NCBI GenBank assembly: GCA_050953065.1
Contig: JBMNLZ010000002.1
Coordinates: 352,001 to 416,000, forward strand
DNA from: Bacilli bacterium
GTDB lineage: Bacteria > Bacillota_I > Bacilli_A > ML615J-28 > CAG-698
Direction: 5' to 3'
DNA: 64,000 bases
The notes under the pieces are model-generated. The model was not told where the DNA came from. It worked only from the letters and a program-made list of their open reading frames with translations, and did not search any database. Positions 40,677-50,251 of this stretch are shown piece after piece. The position numbers were made by a program, and so were the translations under genes. Numbering within the stretch: position 1 is the first letter of the stretch; each line of letters begins with the position of its first letter.

Positions 40677-41123
40677 ATGAAAAAATTAAAATTTGCTGTT
40701 AAATTATTTGCAATGCTTTCATTAGTAGTTATTATTGTAGCTTCAATCGTGGTAGGTTTATTACTTGATAAACAAGAATTTTTTGCAGTTACTGGTGATA
40801 CTAATTTAATAGTATTTCTTGTAAGCAAGGTTTTTGCTTTATTAGCAATTAGTGCATATTTATTTGTTTGCGTTTGGAAAGAACAAGAAATTGGTTTTGC
40901 ACAAGTAAGTTTTTTAGTAGCATTACAAGTTTTTCCAACTGCTGTAAGACTACTTTTAAAACTTGAATCATATGGATTAATACTGTCTGTTGGAATTATG
41001 TTTGTTTTGTTATTACTTCTTATAATAATAATTTTTAGTCCGTTGATTAAAGAGATAAAAGAAGATGAAGCTCGTATGAAAAATTTTGACGACGGTGGTC
41101 AATTTAAAGGCCCTGGAATTTAA
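40677..41123 (+). CDS. Hypothetical 4-TM membrane protein
   Basis: Four hydrophobic segments; AGGGG RBS. Confidence 0.65.
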   Translation: MKKLKFAVKLFAMLSLVVIIVASIVVGLLLDKQEFFAVTGDTNLIVFLVSKVFALLAISAYLFVCVWKEQEIGFAQVSFLVALQVFPTAVRLLLKLESYGLILSVGIMFVLLLLLIIIIFSPLIKEIKEDEARMKNFDDGGQFKGPGI

Positions 41124-41206
41124 ATAAATAAAAGATTAAGCAAAATATTAAGCGCTTATTTATAAAGCGCTTTTTTATAAAGTATTTATAAATAAAGGAG
41201 AGTAAA

Positions 41207-42106
41207 ATGAAAAAAATACAAATTATTACAGATGGGTCTTGTGATTTATCAAAAGCAGTTGTTAAAAAAAACAATTTAATTGTTGTACCGTTTCATGTTA
41301 CATTTGATGGCATAAACTATGAGAAAGAAGACAGCGAAGAATTTGTTTTAAACTTTATGGATAGAATGGTTGAAAATCCAAAAACATTCCCTAAGACAGC
41401 TTGTCCTTCTAGTCAGGAATTTTTTGACAATTTTGAAAAAGCCTACAAAGAAGAAAAACAAATTATATGTATTTGTATAAATGAAAAGTTTAGTGGTTCT
41501 TATAATTCTGCTTGTGTTGGTAAAAATATGTTATTAGAAAAATATCCAGATGCAATCATTACAGTTATTGATTCAACTGTTAATACAGGAGCACAAGGTT
41601 TAGTAGTTTTAGAAACTGCACGAATGGTAGAAGCAGGATTAGACTATAAAGATGTCATAGAAAGAGTTTATAAAATGCTGCCAACGGCTAGAATTATTTT
41701 TACTGTTGGTAATTTAGATTACTTAAGACATGGTGGTAGAATAGGTGCTTTAAAAGCTTTAATTGGAAACACTTTAAAAATGCAACCAATTATTGTTTTA
41801 GAAGATGGTGCGATTTCATCTCCTGGAGTTGCTTTGGGTCAAAAAAGAGCTATTCTAAAAGTAGTTGATAGAGTTAAGAATCATTTTTTAAGATTGGGTG
41901 AGGCCATTGGAGAGTTTAGATTTACAATTGGAATAACTTATAAAAAACTTGAAAAAGCATTCTTAGAAAGTAAGTTAGTTGAAACTTTAAAAGGAATTTA
42001 TGAAAAGTTTACAGTTGATAGTTTTCAAATTGGAGCAACTATTGCGACTCATACAGGCCCTTATGCAATAGGTGTTGGGTTTGTTAAAAAGTATGAATAT
42101 GTCTAA
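41207..42106 (+). CDS. DegV family fatty-acid-binding protein
   Basis: IITDGSCDL, PKTACPS, FSGSYNSA, VIDS, LDYLRHGGRI, ATHTGP. Confidence 0.93.
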   Translation: MKKIQIITDGSCDLSKAVVKKNNLIVVPFHVTFDGINYEKEDSEEFVLNFMDRMVENPKTFPKTACPSSQEFFDNFEKAYKEEKQIICICINEKFSGSYNSACVGKNMLLEKYPDAIITVIDSTVNTGAQGLVVLETARMVEAGLDYKDVIERVYKMLPTARIIFTVGNLDYLRHGGRIGALKALIGNTLKMQPIIVLEDGAISSPGVALGQKRAILKVVDRVKNHFLRLGEAIGEFRFTIGITYKKLEKAFLESKLVETLKGIYEKFTVDSFQIGATIATHTGPYAIGVGFVKKYEYV

Positions 42107-42270
42107 AATTTAAAAATTTAAAACCTATATTTAATTTATAGATATAGGTTTTATTTTTATTCAAAAATAGCTAAAAATTAAAAATGTTAAAAAAACACAC
42201 TAAAAACAAAAAAAGTAGTAATATTTTTAAAAAAGCCTTCAAAATCCGAAAATAAATATTTTTTAGGGTA

Positions 42271-42299
42271 TTGACAAGCAATTATTTAAGTTTTAAAAT
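42271..42299 (+). promoter_or_regulatory. Strong sigmaA promoter with A-tract-rich upstream region driving the sORF
   Basis: TTGACA-17 nt-TAAAAT. Confidence 0.75.
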
Positions 42300-42366
42300 T
42301 AAGGTGTAATAAGTTATTTTTAAAGATTTTGTTTTAAAATATTTTAAGAAAGGAGGATCTTTAAAA

Positions 42367-42417
42367 ATGGCAAAAGAAGTTAAAAAAGCTGCTCCAGCAC
42401 CAGCAAAAAAGAAATAG
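42367..42417 (+). CDS. 16-aa Lys/Ala/Pro-rich small protein MAKEVKKAAPAPAKKK (not in the ORF track)
   Basis: AGGAGG RBS at 42351-42356, ATG, TAG-TAA double stop, own promoter and terminator. Confidence 0.7.
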   Translation: MAKEVKKAAPAPAKKK

Positions 42418-42432
42418 TAATGGCTTAAAAAT

Positions 42433-42461
42433 AAAAACCCCTTTAATAAAAAGGGGTTTTT
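42433..42461 (+). terminator. Rho-independent terminator after the sORF
   Basis: aaaaaccccttt-aataa-aaaggggttttt. Confidence 0.8.
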
Positions 42462-42548
42462 GTACTAAAAAGAGTCTATAAAAAATTTAAATCTATACTT
42501 AAAAGAATATAAATAATGTGATATAATAATATTTGAGGTTTTATAAAG

Positions 42549-45500
42549 ATGAAAGAATTATCTAAATTATCAATTTTAAATAATAATAACCATCTTCAAG
42601 ATATTTTTACTAATGCATCTTATATTGAAATTGGTAATATTGAGTATGATAAGATGTCACTACTTTTAAAAGGTGAATTAATTAGGTTTGAAGATTTAAT
42701 TGATCTTAATATCATACGCAATAGTAAAAATCGTTTTAAAACCAATTCAAATATTGATATATTATTAAGTGCAATATTTTTTGAAAATATAAATCATAAA
42801 AATAAAAACCGTCAAATCTTTATAACGTATGGAATTGCTAATTGGATTAATAAAGATAAAAAAGAAGTTTTTGCTCCGATTGTTTTAATTCCTATTAATA
42901 TTTATATTCAAGAAGATGATATTTATATAAAAAAAATTGCATCTGCTATTGAGAATAAAATTTTAATTAAAATGTTATCTTTAGAAGATAAAAGTATAGG
43001 AAATCCTGATAATTTAAATACTGTTTATGCACTAGATAAATATATCTTACAATTTGAAAAATATAATATTCATATCAAATTAGAAAATATGATTACTTAT
43101 GCATATACTTCTAATAAGGATATTAAAATTGATCATGAAAAATTTGATACTTCAAAAATAGATGATTATTATATTATTGATAAATATTATCATCCTGAAA
43201 ATGAAAACTTTTATTTAGTTAGCGATTTAGATAAAAAGCAACGTGCTTGTGTTCAAATGGCTAATAATGATTTGAGTTTTGTAATTAGTGGAAAATTAGG
43301 AACAGGTAAAACTGAAACTTTAATTAACATTATAGTTAATGCAGTTTTAAATAATAAAAAAGTTTTATATGTTTCAAACATTAAAGAAACTGTTGATTAT
43401 GTTGAGGCTAGACTAACTGAGTTAAATATGTCATATTCTGTTGCTAACCTACTTCAATCATATGATGAGTTGATTAGTAAAAAACAGTATCAATTTCCAA
43501 AGAAAAAAACATTTTCACCTGATTTTAAAGAAGAATTAATTGAAACCTATAAAATAATTAATGGTTATGAAAATTGTCTTAACTCTAGAATCTTAAATCA
43601 TAGTTATTTAATAGTTATGAATAATCTAGTTAGTTTTGATAAAAGTAAAGTAAAAAAAATAGATATTGATGATTTAAGTAGTTTATATAAAGAAGAATTT
43701 AATCGAGCTGTTAGAAGTTTAGATATAATCAGTTCATTATATGATAAAATACCTTCTTTTAAAGATAGTATTTGGAATAATATACCGATTAATAATAATG
43801 TAAGTTTTCCAAATCAAGTTATAAATATTGTTTTTCAAATGAAGTCATTTTATGCTCATATGTATGAGGATAGTAAAACTTTAGAAAAAAAATATGGTTT
43901 TAAACCTATTACCTATTATGCTTCTTTAAGAAATGTCATCAATAATTTTAAAAACCTAAAACACGAAGAAGTATTAAGTTCTTGGATTGATAATTCATTA
44001 GAAGGATTTTTCAAAGCTAAAGAAACTTTGAAAGATTTAAAAAAAGATTATATTGATATTAAGAATTTTAAAGAATTCTTAAATTCAAAATATTATGAAC
44101 TTGATGATTTAGATATAAAAGCAGAAATTAAAAATTTATATAGTTATCAATTTGGAAAAGATGAAATAGAAAAAATAAATTATCTTTTTGAAGTTAGGGA
44201 AACATTAGAACCTAAAATTAATCGTGGTGAGATTCAAAGGGGAATCATTGCTAAAACGCTTGATAAAATTGTTCAATTTATTGAAATTGAAAATGATAAA
44301 TCAGATGAACTTGTCTTAGAGGTTGTTAGATTAAGTAAGTTCTTGGGTCAATATGTTTATCATGCTTGGTGGTTAGATATCAAGAATGAAAATGAATTTC
44401 AATATAAATTAAAGCGAATTAAAGATAGTTTTAATCATCTAAAAGAATTAGATGAGGTAAGAAAAGAATATTATAATGAGTTTCAAAAGTTTGCATATAA
44501 AGATTCTAACTATATCTTAAAGGTATTAGATGATATAATTGATGCTAAGAGACTTGAAAAAAGTGATATGAAATTAGCTTCAATTATAAGAAAGTCAAAA
44601 TTAAGTCCTGATGCTTTAAAGGTATTAGTTGAAAGATTAAGAAGTTTAAGAAAGAATTATAATAAAGTTAAAAATATTTTCTTTGAAGAAACTGGTTTTA
44701 ATTTTCAAGCTGATGTTGATATAATCAATGACTTTGAAAAATGTTTTGAATATATTAATAATATTAAGCCAAAATATAAAGAAGCGTTTATAAAATATTT
44801 GAAATCTGTTTATTTCCAATATTCAAAAGGAGATATTCCAATTCAAACATTTAACTTATTGCTTAAATCAATGGATGATTTAGAAGCACTTTATGATGGT
44901 TTAAGTAAATATAATTTTGATATAGGATATAAATCATATTATGAAAAGTTAGAAAATGTTTCTTTAATTTTTAGATATTTGTCTAGTATATATTTTGCTA
45001 GTGATCAAGTTAAAAATAAATTTAGGGAAGCTAAAACTGGAATCATTAATAGTGAGGATTTCTTTAGCATTGAAAATGATGTAGATTATTTAAATAAGTT
45101 AGAGAGAAACTTCCAAAATAATAAAACATATAAAGAAGTATTTCAAGAATATTTTGATGGTGTTAATACAAATGTAGAAAAGCTAAGTCGTGTTATTGTT
45201 TCAATTGATAACTTCGTTAATTGTTTTACTAGTGCAAAAGATGCTGCTAGTAGCCTTGAGTTAGATAAGTATAATAAGATTAATCTAAATTTAGGTGAGT
45301 TAAGAGAAATAGCAGAGGATGCTAACGATGTTTTAAAATCTTATAGTCAAATTTTTAAAGGGGCAGTAGCAAAATATTATTATGAAAGTTTTGAGCAAAA
45401 TTTAAATGTTTTAGATAAAAAGTTAGAAGCAAAAGAAGAATTAGGAATTTATCTTACTATTACAAAACATTTCAAGAGAATTTTAAAATATAATCTTAAT

Positions 45501-46799
45501 AAATTAGTTAATAGTTGTGTTGAAGAAAAAAATATTAGAAAAATAATTAATAACTTTAAATATACTTATTATTTAATGATTTATGAAATGTTCCAAGAAA
45601 AAGTTCAATTATTTAATAATAGTCAATTACAAGTTATGTTAGAAAAGGCATATTCTTTAGAAAGAGAATTACTAGAAGAAAATGCATCGCTTCTTTTAAA
45701 GAGTCATAGTAGAGTCTTTGAAACTAAAAAGTTTTTTAGGAATCTAGATTATGCAGGGCTTATTAGAAAACTTGCTCATAAAAGAGTTTTCTTAACTGAT
45801 ACTGAAATCTTAAATAACTTTTTTGAAACTAAAGCTTTTGATTTAGTAATCATCGATGATGCTTATGTTTTAGAAGCAGAAGCTTATTATAAAGCAATAA
45901 CAGGTCGACAAGTAGTTATTGCAGGAGAAGAACCTAAAAAAAGTTTTAGCGCTAATACACTTCTTTCTAGAATGAAAGAGAAAAATATTATTCATTTTAC
46001 AAGATCTTATAATCCAGTACCTAAGAATTTAATTGAACATAGTGGTGCTTTAGAAAGTATTTTTAAAAATTCTTTTGAAGAAAATCAAGGAATTAAAGTA
46101 ATTAAGCAACGCTTAGAAGAAAAAATTGTTTCTATTCTTCAACATAATGAAGATTTAAAAATAAATATCTATGTTTCAAATATTATTAAAATGAAAGATC
46201 TATATGAAAGACTAGCAATTGCATTTTTAAAGGCAGGTTATAGTGAATATAGAATTTTAAAAATTCTAACAACTAATATTAATATCTGTGATGCTCTTGA
46301 TTATTACTTAGTAAAAAGTGATTATAATATTTTAGTATTAGAGTGTTACCATAATATTGATAAAGAACATAGTGCTAATTTAATTATTGATACTTTAATG
46401 TTAGTTCAAAAAGAAGTTTGGATTTATGATAATAATAATTATTTAAATAAAAAAAGTCTTCTTTCTGAAAGACTAAATTCTTTTATTAACGATACAAAAC
46501 TATTTGATTATAAATATGATAATAAAGCAGTTTTAAAACTAGCGAAAGCTTTACAATTATCTGGAATTGAAGTAATCGGAAGACACGATGATTTAGATTT
46601 AGTAATTAAACATAAAGATAAATTATCAGGGATTATGATTTTATGGACTTTAGACAATTTAAGATATGAAATTTTAAATGATTATAGATATTATTGTAAG
46701 GAATATCAAAAACATGAGATTAAAGTATTTAAAGTCTTAATAGAAGATATCTTAAATGATGTTAAGGCTGTAGTTAAAGAAATAGCGGGTGAATTATGA
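42549..46799 (+). CDS. DUF4011-like / SF1 (UPF1-like) helicase-fold protein with degenerate catalytic motifs and a degenerate C-terminal nuclease-like domain
   Basis: 'IFITYGIANW...FAPIVLIPI' (DUF4011-like); 'SFVISGKLGTGKTETLINII...KKVLYVS' Walker A; 'FDLVIIDDA'; 'RQVVIAGEE'; C-terminal 'DLDLVI...LSGIMI'. Confidence 0.7.
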   Translation: MKELSKLSILNNNNHLQDIFTNASYIEIGNIEYDKMSLLLKGELIRFEDLIDLNIIRNSKNRFKTNSNIDILLSAIFFENINHKNKNRQIFITYGIANWINKDKKEVFAPIVLIPINIYIQEDDIYIKKIASAIENKILIKMLSLEDKSIGNPDNLNTVYALDKYILQFEKYNIHIKLENMITYAYTSNKDIKIDHEKFDTSKIDDYYIIDKYYHPENENFYLVSDLDKKQRACVQMANNDLSFVISGKLGTGKTETLINIIVNAVLNNKKVLYVSNIKETVDYVEARLTELNMSYSVANLLQSYDELISKKQYQFPKKKTFSPDFKEELIETYKIINGYENCLNSRILNHSYLIVMNNLVSFDKSKVKKIDIDDLSSLYKEEFNRAVRSLDIISSLYDKIPSFKDSIWNNIPINNNVSFPNQVINIVFQMKSFYAHMYEDSKTLEKKYGFKPITYYASLRNVINNFKNLKHEEVLSSWIDNSLEGFFKAKETLKDLKKDYIDIKNFKEFLNSKYYELDDLDIKAEIKNLYSYQFGKDEIEKINYLFEVRETLEPKINRGEIQRGIIAKTLDKIVQFIEIENDKSDELVLEVVRLSKFLGQYVYHAWWLDIKNENEFQYKLKRIKDSFNHLKELDEVRKEYYNEFQKFAYKDSNYILKVLDDIIDAKRLEKSDMKLASIIRKSKLSPDALKVLVERLRSLRKNYNKVKNIFFEETGFNFQADVDIINDFEKCFEYINNIKPKYKEAFIKYLKSVYFQYSKGDIPIQTFNLLLKSMDDLEALYDGLSKYNFDIGYKSYYEKLENVSLIFRYLSSIYFASDQVKNKFREAKTGIINSEDFFSIENDVDYLNKLERNFQNNKTYKEVFQEYFDGVNTNVEKLSRVIVSIDNFVNCFTSAKDAASSLELDKYNKINLNLGELREIAEDANDVLKSYSQIFKGAVAKYYYESFEQNLNVLDKKLEAKEELGIYLTITKHFKRILKYNLNKLVNSCVEEKNIRKIINNFKYTYYLMIYEMFQEKVQLFNNSQLQVMLEKAYSLERELLEENASLLLKSHSRVFETKKFFRNLDYAGLIRKLAHKRVFLTDTEILNNFFETKAFDLVIIDDAYVLEAEAYYKAITGRQVVIAGEEPKKSFSANTLLSRMKEKNIIHFTRSYNPVPKNLIEHSGALESIFKNSFEENQGIKVIKQRLEEKIVSILQHNEDLKINIYVSNIIKMKDLYERLAIAFLKAGYSEYRILKILTTNINICDALDYYLVKSDYNILVLECYHNIDKEHSANLIIDTLMLVQKEVWIYDNNNYLNKKSLLSERLNSFINDTKLFDYKYDNKAVLKLAKALQLSGIEVIGRHDDLDLVIKHKDKLSGIMILWTLDNLRYEILNDYRYYCKEYQKHEIKVFKVLIEDILNDVKAVVKEIAGEL

Positions 46800-47359
46800 A
46801 ACGTGGTAATAAAAAAATCTTTAATGAATTTGTATATTCAATAAAACAAGATCCAAATAGGTATTTTTATATCAAGAGTACTTTACAAAAATTAAAAGAA
46901 AATGAAGTTGATATTAATACTCAAATGGATCAAGGTAGAACCTTGCTTCATTTAGCAGTAAAAATTAATGATGTTAAACTTTTAAATGTTTTTATTAAAA
47001 GTGGAATTAATTTAAATCTAGCAGATGAAATAGGTGATACTCCACTTCATAAGGCAGTAAGAGAAAATAAGCTTGCTTTAGTTAAGGCTTTAATTAATGG
47101 TGGTTGTGATGTTAATTTAGGAACTGAATTAGAGCAATCGCCATTGCACTTAGCTGTGATTAATGGTAATATGGATTTAGTTAAATATTTAGTAGAACAT
47201 GGTGCGGACATTTTATTGTTAGATGAGAGAAATAATTTACCAATTGATTATGCAATTGATGAAAAAGATGCAAAGATTGTCAAGTATTTTTTGAGTAAAC
47301 AAAAAATAGAAGGCGATAGATTAATAAGAGTAAAAGAAATCTTTAAGAAGAATGGGTGA
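46796..47359 (+). CDS. Ankyrin repeat protein (~4 repeats)
   Basis: GRTLLHLA, GDTPLHKA, QSPLHLA, LVEHGAD; ATGA overlap with the upstream gene. Confidence 0.92.
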   Translation: MKRGNKKIFNEFVYSIKQDPNRYFYIKSTLQKLKENEVDINTQMDQGRTLLHLAVKINDVKLLNVFIKSGINLNLADEIGDTPLHKAVRENKLALVKALINGGCDVNLGTELEQSPLHLAVINGNMDLVKYLVEHGADILLLDERNNLPIDYAIDEKDAKIVKYFLSKQKIEGDRLIRVKEIFKKNG

Positions 47360-47364
47360 GATAT

Positions 47365-48168
47365 ATGAACTTAAATAAATTTATAGATTTAATAAATGAG
47401 TATACTGATTATTGGTCACTTTGGGGAATATTAAAGTTAGTCTTTGATATTATTATAGTTACAGCTGTAATAGTATTACTTTATTTTATGTTAAGAAGGA
47501 AAGTTAAAGCTTTAAGAATTTTTATTTTTATATTTGCATATTTTATAATTTATGCAATTGTTTATGTTTTAGGATTAAGTATGGCTGCTAAGATTTTGTC
47601 GTTTCTTGCTTTTTGGAGTTTTGGTATCCTAATTATTGTTTATGGTCAAGATATAAAACATTTCTTTGATAACATATTTAAGGTAAGTAGAACTGATAAT
47701 GCTTTTACTTCAGTTGAGGAAAAAAAGAATTTAATTAATATTATTATGAAGACTGTTGAGTTTTTATCTAAAAGACAAATCGGAGCAATTATTACAATTG
47801 AAAGAGAAGATAACCTAAATACCTTTATTGATAAAGCAATTACAATTAATGGAGAAATTACAGCAGAATTATTATCATCAATTTTTATTGAAGGTACAGC
47901 AACTCATGATGGTGCTGTGATTATTAGAAAAAATAAAATTATGTGTGCTGGGGCGTATTTTCCTTCAACTGATAAATTTGATGTACCTAAGTTTTTAGGA
48001 ACAAGACATCGTGCAGCAATTGGAATTAGTGAAAGATATGATGCCTTTACAGTTGTTGTATCAGAAGAAACAGGAAATATTTCAGCGACTTTAGATGGTG
48101 TAATTCATTTAGAATTACCACTTTCAAGAGTAGAAGAGATGCTTGATAAATATATTCCGTTTAAATAA
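47365..48168 (+). CDS. cdaA: Membrane diadenylate cyclase CdaA/DacA
   Basis: Three N-terminal TM helices; GAIITIER, HDGAVII, GTRHRAAIGISE, VSEETG. Alternative GTG start at 47356. Confidence 0.93.
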   Translation: MNLNKFIDLINEYTDYWSLWGILKLVFDIIIVTAVIVLLYFMLRRKVKALRIFIFIFAYFIIYAIVYVLGLSMAAKILSFLAFWSFGILIIVYGQDIKHFFDNIFKVSRTDNAFTSVEEKKNLINIIMKTVEFLSKRQIGAIITIEREDNLNTFIDKAITINGEITAELLSSIFIEGTATHDGAVIIRKNKIMCAGAYFPSTDKFDVPKFLGTRHRAAIGISERYDAFTVVVSEETGNISATLDGVIHLELPLSRVEEMLDKYIPFK

Positions 48169-48177
48169 AAAGTTTTT

Positions 48178-48209
48178 AAAAACAAGCCTTAAAAAGGGCT
48201 TGTTTTTTT
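48178..48209 (+). terminator. Rho-independent terminator after cdaA
   Basis: aaaaacaagcctt / agggcttgttttt. Confidence 0.7.
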
Positions 48210-48272
48210 AAAGATTATAAATTGAAATAAGTATTAATAAATGATATAATAGATAAGTAAGAGGTAATAGTT

Positions 48273-49724
48273 ATGAATTTTTTTGAAAATGCCCCACTTG
48301 TTTTTTTTACATTCTCATTTTTGGTGAGTTTATTAATAATTATAATTTCATTAATTACATTTAAAAAATTTCAATTATTTAATTTTATTTTGGTATTATT
48401 ATTTCCAATAATTTATGTAGTGTATTTAATCTTCAAAGATACTTTTAGTTTCTTTGATTCATACATCAATTATTATTTGTTTGGAAGTGGTGCTTTAGTA
48501 GTTTGTTTTACACTGCTAACAATGGCAATTATTGGTGCTTATTATAAAGCAAAACATCGTGTTTTTAAATATGCGACACTTTATGAACAAACTACGATTT
48601 TAGTGTATTTAGATTATGAATATAAACCACTTGAAATTAATGATGAATTTTTTAAAGATTACAACCGAATTAGTAATTTTAAAGAATGGGTTAGTCATTT
48701 AAAGGTTGTTGAATGTAGTGGAAAACAATATCGTCCTAAAGACTTCTTTGATATCTTTAAAGAAGATAGTAATGCTTTTGAGATTAATATTATCATGGAA
48801 GATAATTCAAGTATTGCTAAAACGATTGTTAAAAAAGAAGTTGTTTATAATGATGAAATTATTGGCTTTATTTTAGTAGACCATCAAAAACTGATGACTG
48901 AAAACTTCCGTCAAAGATTTATGGACATTTATGATTTAAGGTTTTTTAATTATATGACTTTAATTAATGAACCAATTGCATATTTTGATTCATATAAAAA
49001 GATTTTTGTTTTAACTCCTAAGATGCAAGAAACTTTAGGAATTGATAAAAAGATGCTAACAATAGAAAAGTTTAAAGAATTTGTTTATAGTGAAGATCAA
49101 GTAGATTTTTTGGATTGTGTTTCTGGGGCTAATAGATATTTTAATTTACATACTACAACAGGTTATCAATTATTTGAAAATAGATCATATATTTTTGATA
49201 ATGAAGTTTATAATATTGTTAGGCATTATAAAAATATTACTGAGAATAAAATTGAAATTAAAGCATATGATGATTTAATTAAAGCGATTAATAAATCATT
49301 TAGTAGTTATGATTTTGGATTAATTGTTTTATCTTTTAGAAATATTGAAAATATTAGAATTCAATTTGGTGAAGATTATGCATCACTTGTTTTAACTAAG
49401 TTTTTCCAAAAGGCTAATAATGGAGTTTTAAAGAATAAATTAAATGTTTTCAAATTAAATAATTCAGATTATGCTCTACTTATTAACAGACAAGATGATC
49501 TTCATTTAATTATTAGAGATTTAGAAAAACAAACATCTGATTTACTAAATACAAATATTATTATTGATTATAAAAAATTTGATATTAGACCAACTTTAGG
49601 AATTTGTTTAGTATCAACTCTACCAATAAAATCAGCAGAACTTGCAGTTAAAGCTGCGATTGAAGCAGCTGAGGAAGCTAAGATGTTTGGTAAAGGTTTT
49701 GTTTTATATTCTAAAAAAAGGTAG
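48273..49724 (+). CDS. Membrane protein with 3 TM segments, PAS-like regions and a degenerate GGDEF domain
   Basis: 'FGLIVLSFRNIENIRIQFGEDYASLVL...VFKLNNSDYALLI...TLGI...A..A...AK..GKG' follows the GGDEF fold pattern but lacks GG(D/E)EF. Confidence 0.6.
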   Translation: MNFFENAPLVFFTFSFLVSLLIIIISLITFKKFQLFNFILVLLFPIIYVVYLIFKDTFSFFDSYINYYLFGSGALVVCFTLLTMAIIGAYYKAKHRVFKYATLYEQTTILVYLDYEYKPLEINDEFFKDYNRISNFKEWVSHLKVVECSGKQYRPKDFFDIFKEDSNAFEINIIMEDNSSIAKTIVKKEVVYNDEIIGFILVDHQKLMTENFRQRFMDIYDLRFFNYMTLINEPIAYFDSYKKIFVLTPKMQETLGIDKKMLTIEKFKEFVYSEDQVDFLDCVSGANRYFNLHTTTGYQLFENRSYIFDNEVYNIVRHYKNITENKIEIKAYDDLIKAINKSFSSYDFGLIVLSFRNIENIRIQFGEDYASLVLTKFFQKANNGVLKNKLNVFKLNNSDYALLINRQDDLHLIIRDLEKQTSDLLNTNIIIDYKKFDIRPTLGICLVSTLPIKSAELAVKAAIEAAEEAKMFGKGFVLYSKKR

Positions 49725-49729
49725 TTTGA

Positions 49730-50251
49730 ATGAAGAAAGTATTAAGAGAGAAAGTTTTAAAATCTAGAAAAAGAGATAAAGTAAAAGATGAGCTAGTTTT
49801 TAAAAATTTATTATCTTTAATAAAAGACTTTAAAAAGGTTGCGATATATTCTAGCATCAAAGAAGAGCCTTTATTAGATTCTTTTTGGGGAGAATTAGAA
49901 AAAGAAGTTTATTTACCAATCTTTAAAGAAAAAGGTTTTGCAAGGTTTATAGGAAAAGAAAATCTTATCTTAAGTAAATATAATATTTTAGAACCAAGTG
50001 GAAAATTAATTGATATAAACCTTTTAGATGCTATCATTATACCTTGTCTTGCAGTTGATAAAAAAGGAGCACGCCTTGGTTATGGTAGTGGCTTTTATGA
50101 TCAAGTTTTAAAAGATTATCAAGGATTAAAAATAGGTGTTGCTTATAGTGAATTTTATTTAGATGTTTGCTTTAAAGAAGCTCATGATATAGTGCTTGAT
50201 TTTTTAGTAACTGAAAAAGGAATTATAAAATTTGGAAAGAAAAATGTTTGA
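49730..50251 (+). CDS. 5-formyltetrahydrofolate cyclo-ligase
   Basis: ILEP, IIPCLAVDKKGARLGYGSGFYD, HDIVLDFLVTE. Confidence 0.92.
   Translation: MKKVLREKVLKSRKRDKVKDELVFKNLLSLIKDFKKVAIYSSIKEEPLLDSFWGELEKEVYLPIFKEKGFARFIGKENLILSKYNILEPSGKLIDINLLDAIIIPCLAVDKKGARLGYGSGFYDQVLKDYQGLKIGVAYSEFYLDVCFKEAHDIVLDFLVTEKGIIKFGKKNV

Noticed and set aside
42300-42461. tmRNA or attenuator leader interpretation of the sORF
   Set aside because: There are no tRNA-like ends or ALAA-type tag. The downstream gene has its own extended -10 (TGnTATAAT at 42519-42527), and no antiterminator is evident. Attenuation is unlikely but not formally excluded.
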